Made by a program: the position numbers and the translations under genes. Below, one piece after another: positions 52,797-62,841 of a stretch of 64,000 nt of DNA (position 1 is its first letter; every line of letters begins with the position of its first letter). Where the stretch lies: NCBI GenBank assembly GCA_965200995.1, contig OZ241743.1, one strand, 5' to 3'. This DNA comes from Mucilaginibacter sp. Lineage in GTDB: Bacteria > Bacteroidota > Bacteroidia > Sphingobacteriales > Sphingobacteriaceae. The notes beneath the pieces are model-generated. The model was not told the origin of the DNA, searched no databases, and worked only from the letters and a program-made list of their open reading frames with translations.

Positions 52797-54084
52797 GGGC
52801 CTCCTGTATGGCTGCGGGTGCGGCCAGTAATTGCTGGTAGCGCTGAATATGCTGTGCGGCCACTACGGTTTCCGAAAATTTATCCATTACCGTTTGCCGG
52901 GCCTGCTGCCGCACATGGGCGCGGCTGGGGTGCTGCCATACCCAGGCCATTCCTGCTGCAAAGCTTCCGGCCGAGCGGTATTCGGCCAGATAGCCGTTAT
53001 GTTCATGCTGTACCATATCGGATATGCCCCCAGTGGTAAAGGCTACCACAGGCGTACCGCAACTTAAACTTTCCATCACGGTGTAAGGCAGGTTATCTTC
53101 CAGCGAGGGAATCAGAAAGGCATCAGCCGCATTATAGCATTGCGCCAGCTTTTCATCGCTGTTTATTACCCCTAAAAAATGCGTCTTAAACGGAAACTCC
53201 GGCATGTTCTCGGTATCGCGGTTACCAAAGATCACCAGCTCTGCCTCACCGGCCCGGCTGCCCAACTGCGCCTTCAGCAGGTGCAGGCTTTCCAGCAGGT
53301 AGGCCCCGCCTTTGTGCAAATCCTTACGCGAAGGCATAAAACCGGTCAGGAAGATAAATTTATCCGCAGGTAAACCCAACGCCTGCCGGGCATCTGTTTG
53401 GCTGCCCGGCGCAAATACATCCGTTTCCAGCGTATTGGGGATTTGCAGCAACGGCTTGCCCCGCATCAAACTGGCCGCCTGTACCGATTGCTGCATCCAG
53501 GTGCTGGGCGCAATTACCGTAAAGGGCAGTTGCCGGTAAGCCTGATCTTTCTGCTGCCATATCTGGTTCGATTCATCATTAGGGCTTTCATTTTTCAACA
53601 AAGGACAGTTACCGCATTGCTGCTCAAAGTGGCGGCAGGTGTAGCGCACATGGCAGCCGCCGGTAAAGGCGTTACTGTCGTGAAACGTCCACACCACAGG
53701 CTTGCCTAACTTGGTGAGTTCGGCCAGATGGGCAGGGTTCATGAAGCTGTGGTTTACCCAGTGCAGATGTATCACATCAGCCGCCTTTACATCGGGGTGA
53801 TGTATCACCGAACGGCCAAACCAGGCGAAAGAAAATGGCGTGCGTTTGCCGGGTTTAAGGTAAGCTTTGGCCAGCAGGCGTTCCAGCACGATAAGTCCGG
53901 CCGCCCAGGCTTTTTGCAGCGCATTGCGGTTAAAGGTGCCAATAGCCGCATTATTGCCAAATTTATAGTGTACAATTACTTTAGAATTGATATTTTGGCT
54001 GAGCAATGCACGATTGAGGCGCAGGCAGGCCCTTCCGGCCCCGCCGTTACCATCGTAAGTGTTTAAGTGCACTACCTTTAGCAT
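52789..54084 (-). CDS. Glycosyltransferase family 4 (GT-B, GT1-superfamily)
   Basis: 431 aa. N-terminal GGAGRA motif and C-terminal FLIPSLEDNLPYTVMESLSCGTPVV (the E-x7-E region). Overlaps the GT2 start by 8 nt. Confidence 0.88.
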   Translation of the reverse strand: MLKVVHLNTYDGNGGAGRACLRLNRALLSQNINSKVIVHYKFGNNAAIGTFNRNALQKAWAAGLIVLERLLAKAYLKPGKRTPFSFAWFGRSVIHHPDVKAADVIHLHWVNHSFMNPAHLAELTKLGKPVVWTFHDSNAFTGGCHVRYTCRHFEQQCGNCPLLKNESPNDESNQIWQQKDQAYRQLPFTVIAPSTWMQQSVQAASLMRGKPLLQIPNTLETDVFAPGSQTDARQALGLPADKFIFLTGFMPSRKDLHKGGAYLLESLHLLKAQLGSRAGEAELVIFGNRDTENMPEFPFKTHFLGVINSDEKLAQCYNAADAFLIPSLEDNLPYTVMESLSCGTPVVAFTTGGISDMVQHEHNGYLAEYRSAGSFAAGMAWVWQHPSRAHVRQQARQTVMDKFSETVVAAQHIQRYQQLLAAPAAIQEAHV

Positions 54085-54127
54085 GGCTCAAAAATAGGGT
54101 ATTCAGCCTAACTTCATTCATATTTAT

Positions 54128-57100
54128 ATGCGAAAACAATACTTACTCTTCTGCCCCGCACTGCTGCTTTCCTTACAACTGAGGGCGCAGCCTGCAGCCA
54201 CTTACTTTACCTCCTATCCGGCCCTCAGCCCCGATGGCAAAACCGTAGTGTTCAGCTATGAGGGTGATCTGTGGAAAACCGACGTGAACAGCCCGGCGGC
54301 TACCCGCCTTACGGCCATGCAGGGCGAGGAAACTAATGCCCATATTTCGCCCGACGGGCAGTGGCTGGCCTTCTCTTCCAACCAGTTTGGCAATAATGAT
54401 GTATATGTGATGCCTTTGGCCGGCGGCGATATTAAGCAGATTACCTACCATGAATCCAGCGATGAGGTAGACTCCTGGGGATGGGATTCTAAAACCATTT
54501 ATTTTACCTCCAGCCGGTACAACAACTTCAGCGCTTACAAGGTAAACCGCACGGGCGGTACGCCAGCCAGGGTGTTTGGCAATTACTTTAATACCATTCA
54601 TGGCGTGGCCGAGCATCCGCAAAGCGGCGAACTGTTTTTCAGCAATACCTGGGAAAGTTACCGCTTTCCGCAGCGCAAGCATTATAAGGGCGCTTATAAC
54701 CCCGATATTCAATCGTACAACCCTAAAACCGGCGCTTATAAGCAGTATACCAACTGGAACGGCAAGGACTTTTGGGCCACGGTGGACCGTAAAGGGAATA
54801 TCTATTTTGTATCAGACGAGGCCAACGGCGAATATAACCTGTATACCTTTGTTAACGGGCAAAAAACACAGCTCACCAGCTTCAATACTTCCATAAAACG
54901 CCCGGTGGTAAGCGCAGATGGCAGCAAGGTTACGTTTGAAAAGGATTACCAGATCTACGTGTATGATGTAGCCTCCAGGCAAACGCAGAAGCTGAACCCG
55001 GCCCTGTTTCGCAATGAGGTACTGCCCAAGCAGCAGGAGTTTGACATCGCCGGTAAGATTGAGGCGATGGATGCCTCGCCCGATAGCAAAAAGCTGGCCT
55101 TTGTATCGCGCGGCGAACTGTTTGTAAGCGATGCAGAGGGCAAAATCATCCAGCAGGTACAGCGCAACAGCAGCGAGCGGGTTACCGAAGTAAAATGGAT
55201 GCCCGATAACCGTACGCTACTCTTTGCCCAAACCTTGGGCGGCTACCCCAACTGGTATACCATACCGGCCGACGGCAGCGCCAAAGCGCGCCAGCTCACC
55301 GCCGACAAGCGCAGCAACCGCATGTTGTTGTCCAACAAGGCCCGCACCCAGGGCGTTTACCTGAGCGGCCGCGACGAGGTACGTTTGATTGATTTGAAAA
55401 CCCTAGCCAGCCGCACCATTGCCAAGGATGAACTGTGGGGCTTTCAAAACTCACAGCCTACCTTTTCGCCCAATGGCGAGTACGTGATGTTTACGGCGCA
55501 CCGCAATTTTGAGCAGGACATTTTTGTGCACGATATTGCCGGCAATAAAACATACAACCTCACCAACTCCGGCGTAACCGAGGCCGAACCGGTATGGTCG
55601 CCCGATGGCAAGTACATTTATTTTGCTTCGGCACGTACTAAAGCCAGCTATCCTGCCGGGGGCGAGGGCGCCCGCATTTACCGGCTGCCGCTGCAAAAGT
55701 TTGATACCGACTTTAAGCTGACTAAATTTAAAGAACTGTTCAGGGAAGCGCCAAAACCGGATAGCGCGGCCAAGACCGATAAAAAGCAGCAACCGGCTAA
55801 AAAGAAGCCCTTATCTGAGCAGCCCGTGCCCAAAGCGCCGGTTACGCTTATCATTGATATGGCCGATGTAATGAAACGGCTGGAACGCATCAGTCCGGCT
55901 TTCGGTTCGCAAAACTCGCCTTACGTGATTCAGAAAGGCAACAAAACGCTGGTGTATTACATTTCAGATCAGGCTGAGGGGCGCAATGCGTTGTATCGTA
56001 CCACCATTGAGCCTTTTGAGAACAACAAAACTGAAAAGGTGGCAGGTGCAGAGGTATACGGCTACGATATGATAAGCAATGGCAGCCAGTATTATGTATT
56101 AGGTAACGGTAATATCTATAAGCTGAATATTGACCAGAACAAGATTGATAAAGTTGACCTGAGCTACAAGTTTAACCGCAGCCTGGCCGGTGAATTTAAA
56201 CAGATGTTTGACGAGGCCTGGGCCGACCTGGATGAGAATTATTACGACGGCGATTTTCATGGTGTAAACTGGGCGCAGCTGCATAACCAGTACGCCACTT
56301 ATCTGCCTTACCTGAACAACCGTACCGACCTGCGCCTTTTACTGAATGACTTATTGGGCGAACTCAACTCCTCTCACCAGGGGTTCAGTTCATCAGGCGC
56401 CGAGGAGCGTACCAATTTACGCTACCGTACCATGGAAACCGGTATCGAATTTGACAACAACGAGCCTTATAAGGTAACCCGTGTACTCAAGCTCAGCAAT
56501 GCCGACCACAAAGGCATCAGCGTGCAGCCCGGCGATATTTTAACAGCCGTAAACGGGGTAAATGTAGATAACCAGCAGGACCGTAATTACTACTTTACCA
56601 AGCCCTCACTGGATAATGAACTGGAACTGACTTTTACGCGCGGCAGTCAGCCCGTAAAAGTGGTAGTTCACCCGGAGAGTGCGGGCGATTTCAGGGGCAA
56701 TTTGTACGACGACTGGATTGAGCACAACCGCAAGGAAGTAACCGATAAAAGCAAAGGCCGCATTGCCTACGCCTACATGAAAGACATGGGCGGGGCTTCG
56801 CTGGAGCAGTTCCTGGAAGATATGGTAGATGATGCCTACAAAAAGGACGGCCTGATACTCGACCTGCGCTATAATACCGGCGGCAACGTGCACGATGCCG
56901 TGCTGAACTTCCTGTCGCAGCGCCCTTACCTGGAATGGCAATACCGCGGCGGGCAGCGCACCGTGCAGCCTAATTTTACGCCTTCGGCCAAACCCATTAT
57001 TCTGCTGGTTAATGAGCAATCTTTGAGCGATGCGGAGATGACCTCGGCCGGTTTTAAAGCGTTGGGGTTAGGTAAAATTGTAGGTACCGAAACTTACCGC

Positions 57101-57310
57101 TGGATCATCTTTACCAGCGCCAAGGGCCTGGTGGATGGCTCGGTAGTGCGCTTACCGGCCTGGGGCTGCTATACCCTGGATGGCAAGGACATTGAGAAAA
57201 CCGGCGTTGCGCCCGACATCAGTGTGGCCACTTCGTTTACCGACCGCCTGCACAATACCGACCCGCAATTAAACCGGGCGATAGAAGAGGCCATGAAAGG
57301 ATTGAAATAG
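54128..57310 (+). CDS. Tricorn-like S41 peptidase (beta-propellers plus PDZ plus S41 catalytic domain)
   Basis: 1060 aa. Signal peptide, TolB/WD40-like repeats (SPDGKTVVFSYEGDLW, SPDGQWLAFSS), a PDZ-like segment and the S41 region LDLRYNTGGN...NEQSLSDAEM. Confidence 0.9.
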   Translation: MRKQYLLFCPALLLSLQLRAQPAATYFTSYPALSPDGKTVVFSYEGDLWKTDVNSPAATRLTAMQGEETNAHISPDGQWLAFSSNQFGNNDVYVMPLAGGDIKQITYHESSDEVDSWGWDSKTIYFTSSRYNNFSAYKVNRTGGTPARVFGNYFNTIHGVAEHPQSGELFFSNTWESYRFPQRKHYKGAYNPDIQSYNPKTGAYKQYTNWNGKDFWATVDRKGNIYFVSDEANGEYNLYTFVNGQKTQLTSFNTSIKRPVVSADGSKVTFEKDYQIYVYDVASRQTQKLNPALFRNEVLPKQQEFDIAGKIEAMDASPDSKKLAFVSRGELFVSDAEGKIIQQVQRNSSERVTEVKWMPDNRTLLFAQTLGGYPNWYTIPADGSAKARQLTADKRSNRMLLSNKARTQGVYLSGRDEVRLIDLKTLASRTIAKDELWGFQNSQPTFSPNGEYVMFTAHRNFEQDIFVHDIAGNKTYNLTNSGVTEAEPVWSPDGKYIYFASARTKASYPAGGEGARIYRLPLQKFDTDFKLTKFKELFREAPKPDSAAKTDKKQQPAKKKPLSEQPVPKAPVTLIIDMADVMKRLERISPAFGSQNSPYVIQKGNKTLVYYISDQAEGRNALYRTTIEPFENNKTEKVAGAEVYGYDMISNGSQYYVLGNGNIYKLNIDQNKIDKVDLSYKFNRSLAGEFKQMFDEAWADLDENYYDGDFHGVNWAQLHNQYATYLPYLNNRTDLRLLLNDLLGELNSSHQGFSSSGAEERTNLRYRTMETGIEFDNNEPYKVTRVLKLSNADHKGISVQPGDILTAVNGVNVDNQQDRNYYFTKPSLDNELELTFTRGSQPVKVVVHPESAGDFRGNLYDDWIEHNRKEVTDKSKGRIAYAYMKDMGGASLEQFLEDMVDDAYKKDGLILDLRYNTGGNVHDAVLNFLSQRPYLEWQYRGGQRTVQPNFTPSAKPIILLVNEQSLSDAEMTSAGFKALGLGKIVGTETYRWIIFTSAKGLVDGSVVRLPAWGCYTLDGKDIEKTGVAPDISVATSFTDRLHNTDPQLNRAIEEAMKGLK

Positions 57311-57342
57311 TTTAACAATAACAGCGTTTAGCTGTTATAACC

Positions 57343-57382
57343 GGGCAGTACGTATATATTATTATAGGTGCTGCCCTTTTTT
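57343..57382 (+). terminator. Terminator candidate after the S41 peptidase gene
   Basis: gggcag (57343-57348) pairs with ctgccc (57371-57376) and is followed by tttttt. The loop is large, so confidence is moderate. A smaller hairpin ataacagc/gctgttat precedes it. Confidence 0.45.
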
Positions 57383-57405
57383 ATTTTTATAGCTAATTAC
57401 GCTCA

Positions 57406-58107
57406 ATGATTGATTTAAGCCGCCGTACCAATGAAGCCGAAATTATGGATGATTTCAACCTGCCGGCAGCGGAGCTGAACCCGTTGCTTAAAGGTTTGGG
57501 CAACCTCAATGCCTGGTTTGGCGGCCACCGGATGCTGATTGATGCACTCAAAAACTTTCCCGTACAGGCCGGTAACCACATCAGCGACTGGGGCTGCGGC
57601 GGCGGCGACGGGCTGAAAGCCATTGCCGCCTGGGCGCAGCAGCAAAACATACCGCTTACCTTTACCGGCGTAGATGCTGCCTCGGCAGCGATCACCTTTG
57701 CTCAGAAAGAAACTGCGGCTTACCCAAATATCAGCTACCTGCAATCGGATGTGATGAACCCGGAGCTGCAATTTAAACAGTTCGACATTATCATCTCCAG
57801 CCTGTTTACCCACCACTTTGGCGATGAAGAGTGGATTGCCTTGGTGAAGAACATGTACCAATCGGCCAAACGCGGGGTGATCATTACCGATTTGCACCGG
57901 CACTGGCTGCCTTACTATGCGGTTAAGTTTTTATCCAGATACATCATCCGCAACAAAATGATGGAGTATGACGGGCCGCTGTCGGTAAGGCGCAGTTTTA
58001 CCCGCAAGGATTTGCAGCAGTTACTGGCAAAAGCAGGCATTACACATTATAAACTGCAGTGGAAGTGGGCTTTCCGGTGGCAGTTAAGTATTTACAAACA
58101 GTTATAA
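57406..58107 (+). CDS. Class I SAM-dependent methyltransferase
   Basis: 233 aa. Motif I ISDWGCGGGDG and later DIIISSLFTHHF. Confidence 0.85.
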   Translation: MIDLSRRTNEAEIMDDFNLPAAELNPLLKGLGNLNAWFGGHRMLIDALKNFPVQAGNHISDWGCGGGDGLKAIAAWAQQQNIPLTFTGVDAASAAITFAQKETAAYPNISYLQSDVMNPELQFKQFDIIISSLFTHHFGDEEWIALVKNMYQSAKRGVIITDLHRHWLPYYAVKFLSRYIIRNKMMEYDGPLSVRRSFTRKDLQQLLAKAGITHYKLQWKWAFRWQLSIYKQL

Positions 58108-58137
58108 CCAATCTTTACAATCCCAAACCTGTACAAC

Positions 58138-58587
58138 ATGAAAAAGACACTCTTCACATTCTTATTTATTTGCAGCGCCTGTTTTGCACAAGCACAATCA
58201 CCTGCTAAAGATGAGCAGCAAGCCGCCGCTATGCTTAAAACCTTTTACATTAGCTACATGTCGGCGTTTTCAGCCACAGATGATACTAATTTCGAGAAAA
58301 CGCTTAGCTCTTTGAGAAAAAGGTATTGTACATTGAAGTGTCAGCATCAATACAAAAAACTGGCAGCCGCAACAGACGCCGACCCGATTATTAACGGACA
58401 GGACAGTGACGCCAAGTGGGCCGCAACATTAGCTGTTAAAAAGCTGCCGTTAAAACCCGATGCCTATGTAGTTTCCTACTACTATGATGAGGAGCAGGAG
58501 AACGGCAAAATCCATAAAACCCGTGTTGGCATAAAACTGAAGTTAAAAAAGGTTAACAGCAGCTATCAGATTGCTGAAATCCTGTAA
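58138..58587 (+). CDS. Secreted DUF3828-like hypothetical protein
   Basis: 149 aa. Signal peptide MKKTLFTFLFICSACFAQA. The LKTFYISYMSAF segment is typical of DUF3828 (from memory). Confidence 0.6.
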   Translation: MKKTLFTFLFICSACFAQAQSPAKDEQQAAAMLKTFYISYMSAFSATDDTNFEKTLSSLRKRYCTLKCQHQYKKLAAATDADPIINGQDSDAKWAATLAVKKLPLKPDAYVVSYYYDEEQENGKIHKTRVGIKLKLKKVNSSYQIAEIL

Positions 58588-58662
58588 TTACCTGTTAATG
58601 AAGTTAGCAAATCATAGTTGCAGGGCTAACACTAATTTAATATGTAACCCTTAACTTTGAAT

Positions 58663-59724
58663 ATGAAGTTAAGGGTACTCATCCTCATTACAGCCAGTGC
58701 GGTAGCCATTACCATTACCATAGTTAATTACTACTTTATGCACCGGTGGTACGATGCCGCCGTTACCTTTGCCGCCAGCTTTGTTACCAGCTTTTTGGTA
58801 TTCTATTATCTGATTGAAAAATATATCTACTCAAAAATAAAGCTGATCTATAAACTCATCCACAACCTGAAACTGGGTAACGACCTTCGGGATGCTTTGG
58901 GCGAGCACATCAGTAACGACCCTATTAACGATGTGGAAAAGGAAGTGAAAGCCTGGGCGCGCGAAAAGAAAACTGAGATTGACGAACTGCGCCGGCAGGA
59001 AAAGTTCAGGCGGGAATTTTTATCCAACATTTCGCATGAATTTAAAACTCCTTTGTTCGCCATACAGGGCTATATTGATGCCATTACCGATGATGAACTG
59101 GAAGATAAAGACATGGCCATGCAGTTTCTGCAAAAAGCCTCGCGCAATGTAGACCGGCTAAGTTACCTGATTAAAGACCTGGACGAGATATCCAAATTGG
59201 AGTCGGGTGAAATTCCTATAAACTATACCAAATTCAAGATCAGCGAACTGATTAAGGAGGTGTTTGAGGGCTTGGAGATGAAAGCCAAAAAGCACCAGAT
59301 AAAAATGGTGTTTAAGCAAAAGTATGATGAGCCGGTGAACGTAGTTGCCGACCGCGAAAAAATACGGCAGGTACTGGTAAATCTGATTGATAATTCCTTT
59401 AAATATGGTAACGAAGGCGGCACCACCTCCGTAAGCCTGTTTGAACTGCATGACCAGGTATTGATTGAGGTAACTGATGACGGTATTGGCATTGAGGAAA
59501 AACACCTGCCCCGGCTGTTCGAGCGGTTTTTCCGTACCGAGCTAAGCCGTTCGAGGCAGATTGCAGGCTCGGGCCTGGGGCTGGCTATTGTAAAACATAT
59601 TGTAGAGGCGCATCAGCAAACCATTAATGTACGCAGTACTGAAGGCCTGGGCTCTACGTTTGGCTTTACCTTGCAGAAGGCCAGGCAATCGGCATTTTCA
59701 GGCATTCCGGTACTAAATAGTTAA
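58663..59724 (+). CDS. Sensor histidine kinase (PhoR-like, two N-terminal TM helices)
   Basis: H-box FLSNISHEFKTPL, N-box LVNLIDNSFKY, G-boxes DDGIGI and GSGLGLAIVK. The track start at 58657 is TTG, so I prefer the ATG two codons later. Confidence 0.9.
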   Translation: MKLRVLILITASAVAITITIVNYYFMHRWYDAAVTFAASFVTSFLVFYYLIEKYIYSKIKLIYKLIHNLKLGNDLRDALGEHISNDPINDVEKEVKAWAREKKTEIDELRRQEKFRREFLSNISHEFKTPLFAIQGYIDAITDDELEDKDMAMQFLQKASRNVDRLSYLIKDLDEISKLESGEIPINYTKFKISELIKEVFEGLEMKAKKHQIKMVFKQKYDEPVNVVADREKIRQVLVNLIDNSFKYGNEGGTTSVSLFELHDQVLIEVTDDGIGIEEKHLPRLFERFFRTELSRSRQIAGSGLGLAIVKHIVEAHQQTINVRSTEGLGSTFGFTLQKARQSAFSGIPVLNS

Positions 59725-59775
59725 CACTAACTTAACATTGGGTATTGTACCTTTGTTCCAAATCATAAGTTTAAC

Positions 59776-60426
59776 ATGTCATTAAACAGCATTTTCCAGT
59801 ACTTTGTCCCTAAGGATCAAAAAGTATTTTTCCCACTGTTTGAGCAGGCCGCCCATAACGTAGTAGCTATGGCTACCGTACTGGTAGAAGCGGTAAACTC
59901 AGGCAACCCTGCTACCCGCGAGGAACTGTACCAACAGATAGATAAACTGGAAAATAAAGGCGACGACCTGACCCACCAGATCTACCTGGAACTGGGTAAA
60001 AACTTTATCACCCCCTTTGACCGCGAGGACATTCATGCCCTGGCTACGGCTATTGACGATGTGGCCGATTATATACAAGGCTCGGCCAACCGCATGAGCC
60101 TGTACCGGGTGGAGGATATCACTGAACCTATACAGAAGCTGGCCGACCTGATTTTGCAGGCTGCTACTGACCTGGAAAAAGCAGTGCGCGAACTAAGGGA
60201 CCTGAAAAATGTGCGTAACATTGCCGATTCGTGCATCCGCATCAACAGCGTGGAAAACCAGGCCGATTACGTATTTGACCGTGCTGTGGCCGACTTATTT
60301 CTGTATGAGAAGGACGCACTGAAAGTGATCAAATACAAAGAAGTATTAGCTGCGCTTGAAACCGCAACCGATATGTGCGAGGATGCGGCCAACGTAATGG
60401 AGTCAATATTAGTTAAAAACGCCTAA
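59776..60426 (+). CDS. DUF47 / PhoU-like phosphate transport regulator (TIGR00153 type)
   Basis: 216 aa helical protein. Begins FFPLFEQAAHNVV, with ...DREDIHALATAIDDVADYI... It precedes a PiT gene, as is usual for this family. Confidence 0.85.
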   Translation: MSLNSIFQYFVPKDQKVFFPLFEQAAHNVVAMATVLVEAVNSGNPATREELYQQIDKLENKGDDLTHQIYLELGKNFITPFDREDIHALATAIDDVADYIQGSANRMSLYRVEDITEPIQKLADLILQAATDLEKAVRELRDLKNVRNIADSCIRINSVENQADYVFDRAVADLFLYEKDALKVIKYKEVLAALETATDMCEDAANVMESILVKNA

Positions 60427-60453
60427 GCATTATTTAGCCCCCTAAACCTCCCG

Positions 60454-61464
60454 ATGATCACCCTCCTGCTTGTTGTTGTAATTGCCCTTGCGCTGATATT
60501 TGACTTTATAAACGGATTTCATGATGCGGCCAATTCCATTGCCACAGTTGTTTCTACTAAGGTGCTTACGCCCTTTCAGGCCGTAATATGGGCTGCGGCC
60601 TTTAACTTTTTAGCCTTCTTTTTAATCAAAGATCATAAAGTGGCTAATACAGTTGCCAAAACCGTGTATGAAAACTTTATTACCATACATGTAATATTGG
60701 CCGGTTTACTGGCGGCCATTACCTGGAACCTGGTTACCTGGTGGTTTGGCATTCCTTCCAGCTCATCGCATACGCTGATTGGCGGCTTTGCAGGTGCAGG
60801 CATGACCCACGCTATCTTTCTGGGCGTTAACCCGGTAACGGCGGTAAATTTAAACTCCATCCTTAATATAGCCGCCTACATTGTGCTGGCGCCATTTATC
60901 GGCTTAATTATCGCTTACATCATCACCATTATTATACTGCACCTCAGCAAGCGTTCGCGCCCGGCAGTGGCCGAACGGTGGTTTAAAAGTATACAGCTTG
61001 TTTCATCTGCTGCGCTGAGCTTTGCACACGGCGGTAACGATGCACAAAAGGTAATGGGAATTATTTATGTTACGCTGGTGGCCTCAAAGGTAATTGCCAA
61101 TGACGCCCACATGCCAGACTGGATTCCGCTGGCTTGTTACAGTGCTATTGCTTTAGGCACCATGTCGGGCGGGTGGAAGATTGTAAAGACCATGGGTAGC
61201 AAAATTACTAAGGTAACGCCGCTTGAGGGGGTGGCTGCCGAAACCGCCGGCGCCATTACGCTGTTTATGACGGAGCGTTTGGGTATCCCTGTTTCTACCA
61301 CGCATACCATTACCGGCTCTATTATCGGCGTAGGGTTAACCAAGCGGGTATCGGCGGTACGGTGGGGGGTAACCTTCAGTTTGGTATGGGCCTGGGTAAT
61401 TACCATTCCGGTATCGGCGCTTATTGCGGCAACAGCCTACGTTATTATTCACCTGTTCGAGTAA
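60454..61464 (+). CDS. Inorganic phosphate transporter, PiT family
   Basis: 336 aa. Contains the duplicated signature GFHDAANSIATVVST and HGGNDAQKVMG. Confidence 0.95.
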   Translation: MITLLLVVVIALALIFDFINGFHDAANSIATVVSTKVLTPFQAVIWAAAFNFLAFFLIKDHKVANTVAKTVYENFITIHVILAGLLAAITWNLVTWWFGIPSSSSHTLIGGFAGAGMTHAIFLGVNPVTAVNLNSILNIAAYIVLAPFIGLIIAYIITIIILHLSKRSRPAVAERWFKSIQLVSSAALSFAHGGNDAQKVMGIIYVTLVASKVIANDAHMPDWIPLACYSAIALGTMSGGWKIVKTMGSKITKVTPLEGVAAETAGAITLFMTERLGIPVSTTHTITGSIIGVGLTKRVSAVRWGVTFSLVWAWVITIPVSALIAATAYVIIHLFE

Positions 61465-61506
61465 GTTTGCTGCGGCCATTGGCAGCAGTTTTGCTTTGTA
61501 CCGCTT

Positions 61507-62214
61507 ATGAAAAGAATATACCTCTGCCTGCCGCTGCTGCTGGCGTTCCTGTCGTTCAGCAGCTTTGATACGCGCCCTTTAATGGCAGCCGATCCAACTT
61601 CATCGCAAATTACCGCCGCTTTAAAACAAGCTTTGGAGCAGGGCACCAACAAAAGCGTGTCAAAACTATCTGCGTTAAACGGTTTTTTTGGCAATGCAGC
61701 AGTAAAGATCCTTTTTCCGCCGGAGGCGCAAAAGGCAGAAAAGACCCTGCGCAAAATAGGCTTCAGTAAACTTTGCGATAACCTGACCCTCTCCCTCAAC
61801 CGGGCCGCCGAGGATGCAGCCGGCAAAGCTGCCCCCATATTTGTAAATGCCATCAAGCAAATGACGGTGAAGGATGCGGCCGCTATTTTAACCGGCGGAC
61901 AGGATGCCGCTACCCAATATTTCAGAAATACCACTAACCAGAGCCTAACCGACCAGTTTAAACCGGTTATACAAACCAGCCTCAGCAAAGTAGGCGCTAC
62001 CAGGCTGTACAGCAGCCTTGCCGCCCAGTACAACCGCATACCGCTTACTTTTAATAAGATCGATCCGGAGCTGGATGACTATGTAACCCAACAGGCTATT
62101 AACGGCATTTTTTATCAGATTGCGTTAGAGGAAATCAATATCCGACAGAACTTATCGGCCCGTACCACACCGCTGCTGCAACAGGTGTTCAGCTTTTTCA
62201 GCAAGAAAAGTTAA
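61507..62214 (+). CDS. DUF4197 secreted protein
   Basis: 235 aa. Signal peptide, then ITAALKQALEQGTNKSVSKLSALNGFFGNAAVKILFPPEA, typical of DUF4197. Preferred over the antisense ORF 61449-62039. Confidence 0.75.
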   Translation: MKRIYLCLPLLLAFLSFSSFDTRPLMAADPTSSQITAALKQALEQGTNKSVSKLSALNGFFGNAAVKILFPPEAQKAEKTLRKIGFSKLCDNLTLSLNRAAEDAAGKAAPIFVNAIKQMTVKDAAAILTGGQDAATQYFRNTTNQSLTDQFKPVIQTSLSKVGATRLYSSLAAQYNRIPLTFNKIDPELDDYVTQQAINGIFYQIALEEINIRQNLSARTTPLLQQVFSFFSKKS

Positions 62215-62361
62215 AGCAAATACGGTTTGGGAATTTATAAATTACCAGGCACATCTTTTATTAAATGCTGCCCTGCAGATGTTCTGTAATTACAGAGAAT
62301 AAAGCCCCCCGCTCCTCACAACGGCAGCTTATAAGGCTTTAATAATCGGTTATGACGACCT

Positions 62362-62841
62362 CTATGTATTCATCTCTTCCTGAATAGCCCTCAGCAACTC
62401 GTTGGCGTGTTGCGAGCCGATGATATACTCCAGCCCGTCGCGGTCGGTAAGGTGGATGGCCTCGTTGCCGGCGGTATAAAAACGGATGGTGCCCTTTTTA
62501 TGCAGGTTATATACGGGGCTGTTTACAATGTAACCGCTGTAAATGCCTTTTTCGGCTTTTACAATGCTGTTCAAATCAATCTTCACCCGGCGGGCTGTCC
62601 ATAAACCATCGATTATAATGCTGCCACTCTCTACACAGGTGCTAAAATGCAGCAGGAAACCCATTATAACAGAAATGATGATGATGGCAAAGCCTACCAC
62701 GGCCATCACATCCCCGTTAGGGTCATGCGAATCGGTAAACACGTACACGGCAAAGCAAAACATGGCCAGTACCAGCCGGATGCTGATGGGTATCCACTCT
62801 CGGCCCAAATACTGTTTTTCTACAAATCTCGCTTTACTCAT
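62362..62841 (-). CDS. Hypothetical membrane protein (two TM helices plus a small soluble, PH-like-sized domain)
   Basis: 159 aa. Contains IRLVLAMFCFAVYVF and VVGFAIIIISVIMGFLLHF. Overlaps the tilS stop by 8 nt. Confidence 0.6.
   Translation of the reverse strand: MSKARFVEKQYLGREWIPISIRLVLAMFCFAVYVFTDSHDPNGDVMAVVGFAIIIISVIMGFLLHFSTCVESGSIIIDGLWTARRVKIDLNSIVKAEKGIYSGYIVNSPVYNLHKKGTIRFYTAGNEAIHLTDRDGLEYIIGSQHANELLRAIQEEMNT

Noticed and set aside
58652-58659. TAACTTTG -7-like box directly at the histidine-kinase start
   Set aside because: There is no TTG/TTTG at a suitable -33 distance. The box would place the transcription start at or beyond the ATG at 58663, so it is probably coincidental.
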